The notes beneath the pieces are model-generated. The model worked only from the letters and a program-made list of their open reading frames with translations, ran no database searches and had not been told where the DNA came from. A stretch of 64,000 nt of DNA from Mobula hypostoma (Eukaryota). The stretch covers positions 247,444,001-247,508,000 of the forward strand of contig NC_086097.1 of assembly GCF_963921235.1 (NCBI RefSeq). Reading direction: 5' to 3'. Positions 10,978 through 23,907 of the stretch are shown piece after piece. Numbering within the stretch: position 1 is the stretch's first letter; the number at the start of each line of letters is the position of its first letter. Made by a program: the position numbers and the translations under genes.

Positions 10978-13430
10978 AGTGTGGGTATGAGGTGTGGAGT
11001 GTCAGTGTAAAGTGACAGTGAATGGGGGGATGAACGGGGTGGTGAGGGACTGCGGAGAGGAGTGTGTCAGTGTGGGTATGAGGTGTGGAGTGTCAGTGTA
11101 AAGTGACAGTGAATGGGGGGATGAAGAGGGTGGTGAGGGACTGTGGAGAGGAGTATGTCAGTGTCTATGAGGTGTGGAGTGTCAGTGTGAAGTGACAGTG
11201 AATGGGGGGATGAAGGGAGTGGTGAGGGACTGTGGAGAGGAGTGTGTCAGTGTGGGTATGAGGTGTGGAGTGTCAGTGTGAAGTGACAGTGAATGGGGGG
11301 ATGAAGGGGGTGGTGAGGGACTGTGGAGAGGAGTGTGTCAGTGTGGGTATGAGGTGTGGAGTGTCAGTGTAAAGTGACAGTGAATGGGGGGATGAAGGGG
11401 GTGGTGAGAGACTGTGGACAGGAGTGTGTCAGTGTGGGTATGAGGTGTGGAGTGTCAGTGTAAAGTGACAGTGAATGGGGAATGAAGGGGGTGGTGAGGG
11501 ACTGTGGAGAGGAGTGTGTCAGTGTCGGTATGAGGCGTGGAGTGTCAGTGTGGAGTGACAGTGAATGGGGGGATGAAAGGGATGGTGAGAGACTGTGGAG
11601 AGGAGTGTCGTGGGTATGAGGTGTGGAGTGTCAGTGTAAAGTGACAGTGAATGGGGGGATGAAGGGGGTGGTGAGGGACTGTGGAGAGGAGTGTGTCAGT
11701 GTGGGTATGAGGTGTGGAGTGTCAGTGTAAAGTGACAGTGAATGGGGGGGATGAAGGGGGTGGTGAGGGACTGTGGAGAGGAGTGTGTCAGTGTGGGTAT
11801 GAGGTGTGGAGTGTCAGTGTAGTGAGTGAATGGGGGATGAAGGGGGTGGTGAGGAACTGTGGAGAGGAGTGTGTCAGTGTGGGTATGAGGTGTGGAGTGT
11901 CAGTGTGAAGTGACAGTGAATGGGGGATGAAGGGGGTGGTGAGGGACTGTGGAGAGGAGTGAGTCAGGGTGGGTATGAGGTGTGGAGTGTCAGTGTAAAG
12001 TGACAGTGAATGGGGGGATGAAGGGGGTGGTGAGGGACTGTGGAGAGGAGTGAGTCAGGGTGGGTATGAGGTGTGGAGTGTCAGTGTAAAGTGACAGTGA
12101 TGGGAGTATGAAGGGGGGTGAGGGACTGGAGAGGAGTGTGTCAGTGTCGGTATGAGGTGTGGAGTGTCAGTGTAAAGTGACAGTGAATGGGGGGATGAAG
12201 GGGGTGGTGAGGGATTGTGGAGAGGAGTGTGTCAGTGTGGGTATGAGGTGTGGAGTGTCAGTGTAAAGTGACAGTGAATGGGGATGAAGGGGGTGGTGAG
12301 GAACTGTGGAGAGGAGTGTGTCAGTGTCGGTATGAGGTGTGCAGTGTCAGTGTAATGTGACAGTGAATGGGGGGGATGAAGGGGGTGGTGAGGGACTGTG
12401 GAGAGGAGTGTGTCAGTGTCGGTATGAGGTGTGGAGTGTCATTGTGAAGTGACAGTGAATGAGGGGATGAAGGGGGTAATGAGGGGATGAAGGGGGTGGT
12501 GAGGGACTGTGGAGAGGAGTGTGTCAGTGTGGGTATGAGGTGTGGAGTGTCAGTGTAAAGTGACAGTGAATGGGGGATGAAGGGGGTGGTGAAGGACTGT
12601 GGAGAGGAGTGTGTCAGTGTCGGTATGAGGTGTGGAGTGTCATTGTGAAGTGACAGTGAATGAGGGGATGAAGGGGGTAATGAGGGGATGAAGGGGGTGG
12701 TGAGGGACTGTGGAGAGGAGTGTGTCAGTGTGGGTATGAGGTGTGGAGTGTCAGTGTGAAGTGACAGTGAATGGGGGATGAAGGGGGTGGTGAGGGACAG
12801 TGGAGAGGAGTGTGTCAGTGTCCGTATGAGGTGTGGAGTGTCAGTGTGAAGTGACAGTGAATGGGGGGATGAAGGGGGTGATGAGGGACTGTGGAGAGGA
12901 GTGTGTCAGTGTGGGTATGAGGTGTGGAGTGTCAGTGTGAAGTGACAGTGAATGGGGGGATGAAGGGGGTGATGAGGGACTGTGGAGAGGAGTGTGTCAG
13001 TGTGGGTATGAGGTGTGGAGTGTCAGTGTGAAGTGACAGTGAATGGGGGGATGAAGGGGGTGGTGAGAGACTGTGGAGAGGAGTGTGTCAGTGTGGGTAT
13101 GAGGTGTGGAGTGTCAGTGTACAGTGACTGTGAATGGGGGATGAAGGGGGTGGTGAGGGACTGTGGAGAGGAGTGTGTCAGTGTAGGTATGAGGTGTGGA
13201 GTGTCAGTGTGAATTGACAGTGAATGGGGGGGATGAAGGGGGTGGTGAGGATCAGTGGAGAGGAGTGTGTCAGTGTCGGTGTGAGGTGTGGAGTGTCAGT
13301 GTAAAGTGACAGTGAATGGGGGGATGAAGACGGTCGTGAGGGACTGTGGAGAGGAGTGTGTCAGTGTAGGTATGGAGTGTCACTGTAATATGGAAGTGAA
13401 TGGGGGGATATAGGGCACTGAGGGGCTGTG
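10978..13430. repeat. G-rich minisatellite, ~91-bp unit, about 27 copies
   Basis: Unit gtgtgggtatgaggtgtggagtgtcagtgtaaagtgacagtgaatggggggatgaagggggtggtgagggactgtggagaggagtgtgtca; period 91 between 10980 and 11071. Confidence 0.97.
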
Positions 13431-14132
13431 AGGAATTCTTGCAGGCAAATCCATGATTTCACTCCAAATGCAGCTGTCAATCAAACATACACTACCAAAG
13501 CTGGCTTAATATTTATAATGTGTTGCAGACACCTTGTCTGAGTCATTTTCATGTTATGCGAGGATGAGTCAGGACAATGATCCCAACAGGCTTGCTCTGT
13601 TTGTTGGTTACTATCCCTGAGTCAATTATAAAGGAACTCTGTGCTGCTCGAAGCATCTCTGATATTTGAAATACCATCAGTCATGTTGTGAAATATAAAT
13701 CAGTCCGACCCAGAGTCTCTGTATTCACAATCTTCGAAACAACCAATCCATCCTCCACTAAACCCTATATACTCTTCTCTGCTACTTCGAGATGCTTTGT
13801 AAATAATTTACATTTTTGCCTTTGTCATTCACCTTGATAATGCATTCAAGGTCTTGTTCATGCTCCCCTGAAAGAGAATCTTCTGATATTAGGCCTAAAG
13901 TTAGGTTTAATAAGTTTGAACCCATGAATTCTGATCTTATTCCCTTGGTTTAATTTACAAAAGAATTTCAGATTTTTCTTTTCTGAATCTCCTGCTGCTC
14001 AGACGCCACCTTTCCTGCCGGTATGTCCACAGAATTTCTCCTGAGTGAAGGAAAGAAATGTCATGTGACCATGAAATGTCAGAGGAATTCACGTTTTCTT
14101 CACTGAATGAGTAGAAACGCTCTCCCACTCAC

Positions 14133-14836
14133 AGAAACATAGAAAACCTACAGCACAATACAGGACTCTCAGCCCACAAAGCTGTGCCGAACATGTCCTT
14201 ACCTTAGAAATTACCTAGGGTTACCCACAGCCCTATATTTTTCTAAGCTCCATGTACTTATCCAGGAGTCTCTTAAAAGATCCTGTCGAATCCGCCTTCA
14301 CCACCATCGCCAGCAGCCCATTCCATGCACTCACCACTCTCTGTAGAAAAAACTTACCCTTGACATCTCCTCTGTACCTACTTCCAAGCACCTTAAAACT
14401 ATGCTCTCTCATGTTAGCCATTTCAGCCCTGGGAAAAAGCCTCTGACTATCCACATGATCAATGCCTCTCATCATCTTATCTCTATCAGGTCACCTCTCA
14501 TCTTCCACCGCTCCAAGGAGAAAAGGCCGAGTTCACTCAATCTATTCTCATAAGGCATGCACCCCAATCCTTGTAAATCTCCTCTGCACCCTTTCTATAG
14601 TTTCCACATCCTTCCTGTAGTGAGGTGATCAGAACTGAGCACAGCACTACAAGCGGGGTCTGACCAGGGTCATATATAGCTGTAACATTAATTCTCGGTT
14701 CTTAAACTCAATCCCATGATTGATGAAGGCCAATACACTCTATGCCTTCTTAACCACAGAGTCAACCTGTGCAGCAGCTTTGAGTGTCCGATGGACTCGG
14801 ATCCCAAGATCCCTCTGTTCCTTCACACTGCCAAGA
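14133..14836 (-). mobile_element. CR1/HER1 3' fragment
   Basis: ORF 14233..14475 RGIDHVDSQRLFP...RVVSAWNGL; (TTTCTATG)-type tail. Confidence 0.85.
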
Positions 14837-15079
14837 GTGTTGGATCTGTGATGCTCTTCATCACAAGCAGCAACGGAGTCAGAATCGGATATATTATCAC
14901 AAACAGTAGGACATAAACTTTGCTTTTTGCAGCAGCAGTATAGAGAAATACATTAAAAAACTACACTGTTACAAAAATAAATAAACAGTGCATTAGATTA
15001 ATAATAAGGTAGTGTTCATAACTTCATGGACCATTCAGAAATCTGGTGATGGGGGAAGAACAGAGAAAATAAAACAGCA

Positions 15080-15616
15080 CAACACAGTACAGCTCTTCAG
15101 CCCACAATGTTGTGCTATCCTGCTCTGTGATCAATCCAAAATCTTACTCCTAAATAACCCTCCATTTTTCTATCATTCATGTGGCCATCTCACAGTTTCT
15201 TAAATATCCCTAATGTATCTGCCTCTACCACCACTTCAGGCATGACATTCAATGCACCCACCACTCTCTCTGTCTGAAACCTATCTCTGACAGCGCCCCT
15301 ATACCTTCCTCCCATCACATTAAAATTAATCCCCTTTATTTTAGCTATTTCTTCCCTGGGGGGAAAAAGTCTCTGGCTGTGCACTTGATCTCTGCTTCTT
15401 ATCATCTTGCACAGCTCTAACAAAGTCACTTCTCCTTCACTCCAAAGAGAAAAGCCCTAGTTTGCTTAACCTGAACTATTAATCCAGGCAGCCTCCTGTA
15501 AGTCTCCTCTGCACCCTCTCTAAAGCTTCCGCATTCTTGCTGGAGTGAAGCGACTAGAACTGAACACAATATTCCAAGTGTGGTCAAACCAAGGGTTTAT
15601 AGAGCTGCAACATTGC
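15080..15616 (-). mobile_element. CR1/HER1 3' fragment
   Basis: ORF 15190..15429 SQRLFP...RVVGALN. Confidence 0.75.
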
Positions 15617-15619
15617 CTT

Positions 15620-18600
15620 TCAGCATCCAGAACGTCTCGGACCGATTACAGGGCACAGGGCATCCTCAAGGGTGAAGGTAAACATCCAGAAGTGAGAGTG
15701 CATGTCGGCACAAATGACGTCGAGAAGAAGAGGAAAGACATTCTGCAGCGTGACTTCAGAGAACTCGGAAGAAGGCTAAAAAGCAGGACCTCCAGGGTGG
15801 TTATCTCCGGTTTGCTTCCAGTTCCTCGTGCTGCTGAGGGCAGGAACAGGGAGATAGGGGATCCGAATGTGTGGCTGAGGAGCTGGTGTGGGAAGCAGGG
15901 ATTTACATTCTTAGACCACTGGGATCTGTTTTGGGGTAAGGATGAATTGTACAAAAGGGGTGGGTTGCACCTTAACAGGCGGGGGACCAGCATTCTGGCA
16001 GCCAGGTTTGCCACTGCTACAGGGGTGTGTTTAGATAGATAGATAGATATACTTTATTGATCCCAAGGGAAATTGGGCTTCGTTACTGCCGCACCAACCA
16101 AGAATACAGGACCCTAAGGACTCGCACCACTAGGTTCAAGAACAGTTACTATCCCTCAATCATCAGGCTCCTAAAAAAAGGGGATAACTACACTTATTTA
16201 AGTCCTCTTTTATCTTGTGATTTTATGCTCATTATTTATTGCTAATTATTTATATCTTCATTTACTGAGTTTGTTGTCCAGTGACCCTGTTTACAGTTAC
16301 TGTTCTATAGATTTGCTAAGTATGCTCGCAGAAAGAACCTCAGGGTTGTATAGATAGATAGATATACTTTATTGATCCCGAGGGAAATTGGGTTTCGTTA
16401 CTGCCACCCAACCAAGAATAGAGCATAAATATAGCAATACAAAAACCACAAACAATCAAACAACAAAATGCAAACTATGCCAGATGGAAAATAAGTCCAG
16501 GACCAGCCTATTGGCTCAGCGTGTCTGACCCTCCACGGGAGGAGCTGCAAGTTCGATGGCCACAGGCAGGAACGACCTCCTGTGCCGCCCAGTGTTGTAT
16601 GTCGGTGGAATATGGCCACCGAAGTGGGGGGGGGGGGAGGAGATGAACTGGAAATATAAGAATGGAGTTAAAGGGAAAGAGAGAACAAGAAAAGTTAAGA
16701 AAGATAACAGAATTAATGAGGCAGAAAGCTCAGGAAGGGATCAGAGTGTATGGCCAAGTGCAATAGGAATCGATGTGAAAGGTGAGGGGAGTAATGGATT
16801 AAAAGTATTATATATGAATGCACAAAGTATAAGAAATAAAGTGGATGAGCTTGAGGCTCAGTTGGAAATTGGCAAGTATGACATTGTAGGAATAACAGAG
16901 ACATGGCTGCAAGAGGACCAGGGCTGGGAAATGAATATTCAAGGATATACGTCCTATCGAAAGGACAGACTGATAGGCAGAGGGGGTGGGGTGGCTCTGT
17001 TGGTGAGCAATGAAATTCAGTCCCTTGCGAGGGGTGACATAGAATCAGGAGATGTAGAGTCAGTATGGATAGAACTGAGAAATTGTAAGGGCAAAAAGAC
17101 CCTAATGGGAGTTATCTACAGGCCCCCAAACAGTAGCCTGGATATAGGGTGCAAGTTGAATCAAGAGTTAAAATTGGCATGTCGCAAAGGTAATACTACA
17201 GTTGTTATGGGGGATTTCAACATTCAGGTAGACTGGGAAAATCAGGTTGGTACTGGACCCCAAGAAAGGGAGTTTGTGGAGTGCCTCCGAGATGGATTCT
17301 TAGAACAGCTTGTACTGGAGCCTACCAGAGAGAAGGCAATTCTGGATCTAGTGTTGTGTAATGAACCGGATTTGATAAGGGAATTCGAGGTGAAGGAGCC
17401 ATTAGGAGGTAATGACCATAATATGATAAGTTTTAAACTACAACTTGAGAGGGAGAAGGGAAAATCGGAAGTGTCAGTATTAGAGTTGAACAAAGGGGAC
17501 TACGGAACCATGAGGGAGGAGCTGGCCAAAGTTGACTGGAAAGATACCCTAGCAGGGATGACAGCGGAACAACAATGGCAGGTATTTCTGAGAATAATAC
17601 AGAAGGTGTAGGATCAGTTCATCCCAAAGAGGAAGAAAGATCCTAAGGGGAGTAAGGGGCGACCGTGGCTAACAAGGGAAGTCAAGGACAGTATAAAAAT
17701 AAAAGAGAAGAAGTATAACACAGCGAAGATGAGCGGGAAGGCAAAGAATTGGGAAACTGTTAAAGACCAACAGAAAATAACTAAAAAGTCAATACAGGGA
17801 GAAAAGATTATGTATGAAGGTAAGCTAGCCAATAATATAAAGGAGGATAGTAAAAGCTTCTTTAGGTATGTGAAGAGGAAAAAATTAGTTAAGACCAAAG
17901 TTGGGCCCTTGAAAACAGAAATGGGTGAATTTATTATGGGAAACAAAGAAATGGCAGACAAGTTGAACAGGTACTTTGGATCTGTCTTCATTAGGGAAGA
18001 CACAAACAATCTCCCAGATGTAATAGTGGCTAGAGGACCTAGGGTAACGGAGAAACCGAAGGAAATTCATATTAGGCAGGAAATGGTGTTGGATAGACTG
18101 ATGGGACCAAAGGCTGATAAATCCCCAGGGCCTGATGGCCTGCATCCCAGGGTACTTAAGGAGGTGGCTCTAGAAATCGTGGACATATTGGTAATCATTT
18201 TTCAGTGTTCTATAGATTCATGATCAGTTCCTGTAGATTGGAGGGTAGCTAATGTTATCCCACTTTTTAAGAAAGGAGGGAGAGAGAAAATAGGGAATTA
18301 TAGACCAGTTAGCCTGACATCAGTGATGGGGAAGATGCTGGAGTCAATTATAAAAGATGAAATAGTGGCATATTTGGATAGCAGTAACAGGATCGGTCCG
18401 AGTCAGCATGGATTTATGAAGGGGAAATCATGCTTGACTAATCTACTGGAATTTTTTGAGGATGTAACTATGAAAATGGACAAGGGAGAGCCAGTGGATG
18501 TAGTGTACCTGGACTTTCAGAAAGCCTTTGATAAGGTCCCACATAGGAGATTAGTGGGCAGAATTGGAGCACATGGTATTGGGGGTAGGGTACTGACATG

Positions 18601-19571
18601 GATAGAAAGTTGGTTGGCAGACAGGACACAAAGAGTAGGGATTAATGGGTCCCTTTCAGAATGGCAGGCGGCGACCAGTGGGGTACCGTAAGGCTCGGTG
18701 CTGGGACCGCAGCTGTTTACAATATATATTAATGATTTAGATGAAGGGATTAAAAGTAACATTAGGAAATTTGCAGATGACACAAAGCTGGGTGGCAGTG
18801 TGAAATGTGAGGAGGATGTTATGAGAATGCAGGGTGACTTGGACAGGTTGGGTGAGTGGGCAGATGCAGTTTAATGTGGATAAATGTGAGGTTATCCACT
18901 TTGATAGTAAGAACAGGAAGGCAGATTACTATCTGAATGGTGTCAAGTTCGGAAAAGGGGAAGTACAACGAGATCTAGGTGTCCTTGTTCATCAGTCACT
19001 GAAAGTAAGCATGCAGGTACAGCAGGCAATGAAAAAAAGCTACTGGCATGTTGGCCTTCATAACAAGGGGAGTTGGGTATAGGAGCAAAGAGGTCCTTCT
19101 GCAGTTGTATAAGGCCCTGGTGAGACCACACCTGGAGTACTGTGTGCAGTTTTGGTCTCCAAATTTGAGGAAGGACATTCTTGCTATTAAGGGAGTGCAG
19201 CTTAGGTTCACAAGGTTAATTCTTAGGATGGCGGGACTGTCATATGTTGAAAGATTGCAGTGACTGGGCTCGTATACACTGGAATTTAGAAGGATGAGAG
19301 GGGATCTGATTGAAACATTTAAGATTATTAAGGGATTGGACATGCTAGAGACAGGAAACATGTTCCCGATGTTGGGGGAGTCCAGAATCAGAGGCCACAG
19401 TTTAAGAATAAGGGGTAGGCCATTTAATACGGAGTTGAGGAAAAACTTTTTCACACAGAGGGTTGTGGATCTGTGGAATGCCCTGCCTCAGAAGGCATTG
19501 GAGGCTAATTCTCTGGTTGCTTTCAAGAAAGAGTTAGATAGAGCTCTTAATGATAGCGGAGTCAAGGGATA
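15620..19571 (+). pseudogene. Large CR1 LINE: ORF1 SGNH-esterase C-terminal half plus ORF2 (AP endonuclease + reverse transcriptase), disrupted
   Basis: ORF1 VHVGTND...FLDHW...GLHLN. ORF2 LYMNAQSIRNK, GITETWL, GDFN, DHNMI, PGPDGLHPRVLKE, YLDFQKAFDKVPH, FADD region. Premature stops at 17611, 18223, 18691 and 19263; 3'UTR missing. Confidence 0.95.
16033..16620 (-). mobile_element. Chimeric Rex1-derived insertion containing a 247-bp inverted copy of 4654-4900
   Basis: Two (ATCT)n-tailed element ends (16033-16105 and 16351-16617) flank 16104-16350, which is the reverse complement of 4654-4900 with one mismatch. Confidence 0.9.
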
Positions 19572-19604
19572 CCACCCATTGAGTGAAGAAGTTCCATCAG
19601 ATCT

Positions 19605-20135
19605 TAAGGTATAAGAACAGAATTAGGCCTTTGGCTCATCGAGTCTGCTCTGCCATTCCGTCATGGCTGAATCAATTTTCTTCTCAGCCCTAATCTCCCC
19701 TTCTCCCTGTATCCCTTCATGCCCTGACCAATCAAGAATCTATCAACCTCTGCCTTAAATATACATGAAGACTTGGCCTCCACAGCTGCCTGTGGCAAAG
19801 AATTCCATAGATTCACCAACCTCTGGCTAAAGAAATTCCTCTTCATCTCCATTCTAAAAGGATGCCCCCCCTATTCTGAGGCTGTGTCCTCTGGTCTTAG
19901 ACTCCTCCCACCATAGGAAATATCCTCTCCACATCCACTCTATCAAGGTCTTTCACTATTCAATAGGTTTCAGTGAGGTCACCCCTCATTCTTCTGAATT
20001 CTAGTGAATACAGGCCCAGAGCCATCAGACTCTCTTCTTATGACAAGCCATTCAACCCTGGAATCAGTTTCGTGAATTTCCTTTGAACCCGGTCCAGTTT
20101 CAGTACATCCTTTCTAAGATAAGGGGTGCAAACTT
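19605..20135 (-). mobile_element. CR1 3' fragment
   Basis: EMKRNFFSQRLVNLWNSLPQAAVEAKS plus CR1 3'UTR. Confidence 0.9.
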
Positions 20136-20139
20136 GCAA

Positions 20140-20485
20140 AGGGTTTCCTTCACCATGTCAGTAGCTTCCTCTTGGTTTTCACTACTGTCAGTTATGCAAG
20201 TCGTGGGTTGAAACTCAGGAATACCAATCTACTCAGACAGAGAAGGATTCTTCATTGTTGTTTCTGTAACGATTTTGTTTGACTAGTCAGGGTTGCTAGC
20301 CTTGAGCTGAACTCCCAAACCTGGAGAAGTGGTGAACTAATCTTAGTCTGGCCTCTACCCTTTGACCTGTTTGGCATGGGTGACCCTACCAAGAGCCAAA
20401 GCGAAAAGCCTTGACTCCAGCCAACATCACTCTTGGGTCATTGAAGCATCAGAAGCTTCCAAACCTTGACAAGGTTGTGGTAATC
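20140..20485 (-). mobile_element. RTE-derived bipartite non-autonomous element (family A)
   Basis: Reverse-complement homologue of 24393-24712; carries the gggagttcagctcaaggctagcaaccctgac motif. Confidence 0.65.
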
Positions 20486-20529
20486 TTGGAGGCCTGAACT
20501 TGTGGAAAGGCATTAAAAATGGAGACATG

Positions 20530-20660
20530 AGAGAGACTGCAGATGCTGGACATATGGAAAAACACACACAATACACTGAGGAACTCAGCAGGTCTGGCTG
20601 GATATACGGAGGAAAATGAACAATTGACGTTTCAAGCCCAGACCTTTCATCGGTACTGTG
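20530..20660 (-). mobile_element. Penelope solo pseudo-LTR with degenerate hammerhead
   Basis: Minus strand cagtaccgatgaaaggtctgggcttgaaacgtcaattg. Confidence 0.7.
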
Positions 20661-21044
20661 GTCAAGATGGCAGTGGAGGCAAGTTCCCAAGAAGGCGGGA
20701 AATTGGGGCTGGGAGTGAAACAGATCAACCATGATGAGACAGCAGAGCTGACTCGATGGGCCGAATGGCCCAATTCTGCTCCTATGTCTTATAGTATTAT
20801 GGACATATGGCCTGGTGAGCACATTGTGGAAAAGCCAGAGAGCAGCAAATGCCATAGAGGGGGAGAGAGGACCTCATAGAACTTCCGAAGATAGAAGAAA
20901 AACTTCATGGTAGGCATGCCGTGAAGGAACTGCGCAGTGACATGGCAAAGCAGAGACATAAGAGAGACTCAGAAATCTGCTGGAAATCTGCCTCAACACA
21001 CATAATATGTTGGATGAGCTCAGTGCATCAGGCAGAATCTAAAG

Positions 21045-21124
21045 CAGGGGTTCTCAATGTGGGGTTGATGGACCCCTTGCTTAATGGTATTGGTCCATGG
21101 CAAAGACAATATTGGGAACTCCTC
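21045..21124. mobile_element. 80-bp hAT-type MITE inside a Penelope pLTR fragment
   Basis: TIR CAGGGGTTCTCAA / TTGGGAACTCCTC (3 mismatches); 8-bp TSD ATCTAAAG / ATCCAAAG. Confidence 0.7.
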
Positions 21125-22079
21125 ATCCAAAGAGAGAAGTAAACACTCAATGTTTTGGGCCGTGACCTTACAACTATTCATTTTCCTTACAGATGCTACC
21201 AGGCTGCAGTTCCTCCAGCATTTTGAGTATATTGAAAGGCATTTAATTTTATTTTCTTTTGTTTTTATCATTCCAATCTTTCAGCTGACATAGTATTACC
21301 TGCAAATATAATAATTTTCAAATCTATGTCATATTGTAGGCTGTTGGTCACTAATAAATTGGAAGAAATTCGACAGTGAAGTCTGGTGTACTCCACTTGA
21401 GGTCAGACCACAATGGCAAACTGCTCCATATAACAATTTTGACTTCTTATTCATCCACTTTCTAAAATCCCCCCGACACCATAAATAATACGAAAACATT
21501 TTTACAATTCCTCTTGAGGGTCTTTATAGAAATCCAAATAATCTGAATTTTCATACAGAATACAGAATGCAGAACACGACAGACAGAACAGGCCTTTCGA
21601 TCCACATAGTTGTACCGACCCTTTAATCTTCATCTTCCCTCCCACATAGCGTCCAATTTTTCTTTCATCCATATGCCTGTCTAGAGAAGTGACCTCTAAC
21701 AGTTAATAGATTCTTGAATGGCCTAACTCTGCTCCAATGTCATATGGTCTTATTGCCCCTACGCTATAAGAAGCGAAAAGGTGAAATATATATATATATT
21801 TAATTAAATGCAATCGTGAACAATAGCCAGATCAGAAATGCTGATCAAGTCAACTAGTTCCCAAAGAGAACTCTGATAGGCCAATCAGATGGTTCACTGC
21901 CGCTCAGCGATAGAACACAAAAAAATCATATGTACAATTAAAAAATAGTAGAAATACTGGAGTCATGATGATCATGATGAAGTCTGCTGGAGAGAGACAT
22001 TTATACACATGCTGTCCTACATAATTCAAAGAGATTGAAGGATAATGTTACAGGGTGACAAAACGTGGCAGGAGCACTT

Positions 22080-23030
22080 GGAAATATGAGGGCAGACTAG
22101 CCAATAATATAAAGCAGGGTACCAGAAACATTTTCGGTTATATAAAGAGTAAAAGGGAGGTGAGAGTTGATATTGCACCACTGGAAAATAATACTGGTGA
22201 GGTAGTAATGGGGGACAAAGAAATGGCAGATGAACTTAATGGGTACTTTGCTTCTGTCTTCACTGTGGAAGACACTAGCAGTGTGCCAGAGGTTCGTGAG
22301 TGACAGAGAGGAGGAGTGAGTGCCATTGCTGTTACAAAGGAAAAAGTGCTAGGCAATCTGAAAGGTCTTAAGGTGGATAAATCTACTGGGCCAAATGCAC
22401 TACAGCTCAGAGTCCTGAGAGAGGTTGCTGAAGAGGTAACGGATGCATTGGTCATGATCTTTCAAGAATCACTTGATTCTGCAATGGTCCTAGAGGAATG
22501 GAATATTGCAAATGTCACTCCACTCTTTAGGAAGGGAGGAAGGCAGAAGAAAGGAAATTATAGGCCATTTAGACTAACCTCAGTGGCTGGGAAAGTGTTG
22601 GTGTCTATTATTAAGGATGAGGTTTCAGGGTACTTGAGACTAATGATAAAGTAAGTCAAAGTCAGCATGGTGTCTATGAAGGGAAATCTTGCCTGACAAA
22701 TCTCTTAGAGTTCTTTGAGGAAGTAACAAGCAGGGTGGTCAAAGAAGAGGCAGTGGATGTCTTTTACTTGGATTTTCAGAAGGCATTTGACACATGAGGC
22801 TGCTTAACAAGATAAAATCCTATGGTATTACAGGACAGCTACTAGTATAGATACCAGAATGGCTGACAGGCAGGAGTGATAGAAGATAGCTGGAGAGGTA
22901 GGTAGTGCTGAGGAAGCAATGTGTTTGCAGCAGAACTTAGACAGATTGGAAAAATGGGCAAAAAAGTGGTAGATGGAATACAGTGCTGGGAAATATATGA
23001 TAATGCATTTTGGTAAAAGGAACAATAGTC
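22080..23030 (+). mobile_element. CR1 ORF2 internal fragment with deletions
   Basis: YEGRLANNIK, MADELNGYFASVFT and ANVTPLFRKGGRQKKGNYRP. Confidence 0.9.
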
Positions 23031-23110
23031 CATGATCTCCAGATGTAGTCCCACCTGACCTCCGTAGAGAAAGCCTGCTTGCATTTACCCTATCTAAGCC
23101 ATCATACCAC

Positions 23111-23907
23111 TGTAATGCTCTGGTTAAGATTTTTACTGCTATACTGTAGGTATTTCATTTTAGCAGTTCTGTAAGAGCAGTCTGTTCTGCTTTTAGCATG
23201 TTTGGGTTTGAGCTGAAGAAAAGGGGCTATGTTGCTCAATTTAGGAACGTTGTGTCAGCCAATTGTGAAGGTTCCAGAGAACACTGGGCAGAGAGGCTTT
23301 GGTGATGGAGACTGGTGTGGGTCGAGGCATTTTTGGCGGGAGCTAGGAGAAGACAGGAGGGAAGATGGCTGAGGATGCCGTCCCTGTTGCACAAGGTGTT
23401 TTGTGCAGATGAATGGCTTCAAGGAGGAAGGACCGATACTCCCGTGTGGGAGCACTTTTGTTCGAGATGGATTTCGAGCAACATTTGGAAGGTGGTGTGT
23501 GTTTTCACCAGACCATGGGTCCAGGGCGTGAGTTAAAGACAACTTCAAAATGAGCTCCAACTCATTTGGACTGGGTTAACTGTAATAGGCCCTTTTATTT
23601 TTTAACTTTCCTTTTTCCTACTAACTGTTCGATAAAGCTGAAATTTGTAAATATACTTTCTTTATAACTGTATGCAGTGTACGGTTTGTTATTTCTTGCC
23701 GATGGCTAATTGCATGGGGGCAGTATTTACACATTATTCACTCAGATTGGGGTGTGTGTGGTTGTCTGGTCTGGTGGGACCCAAGTCACGTTGACCCCAG
23801 ACGTATGGAGCTCAGAAAGGTGGACTTCTCACTGCTGAGTCTACTGGCTTGTTAGCCGGGGGCTAACCAGCTGTGTTTCTAGAAATGCCTGGTAAAAAGC
23901 GGTTACA
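23111..23907 (+). mobile_element. Solo LTR, ~797 bp, probably Gypsy-type, inserted in an antisense CR1 fragment (about 23050-24248)
   Basis: TGTAA...TTACA termini; 4-bp TSD CCAC/CCTC with one mismatch; homologous to 38457-39230. Confidence 0.75.

Noticed and set aside
11714..13212. ORFs within the minisatellite
   Set aside because: By-products of unit-length variants in the tandem array.
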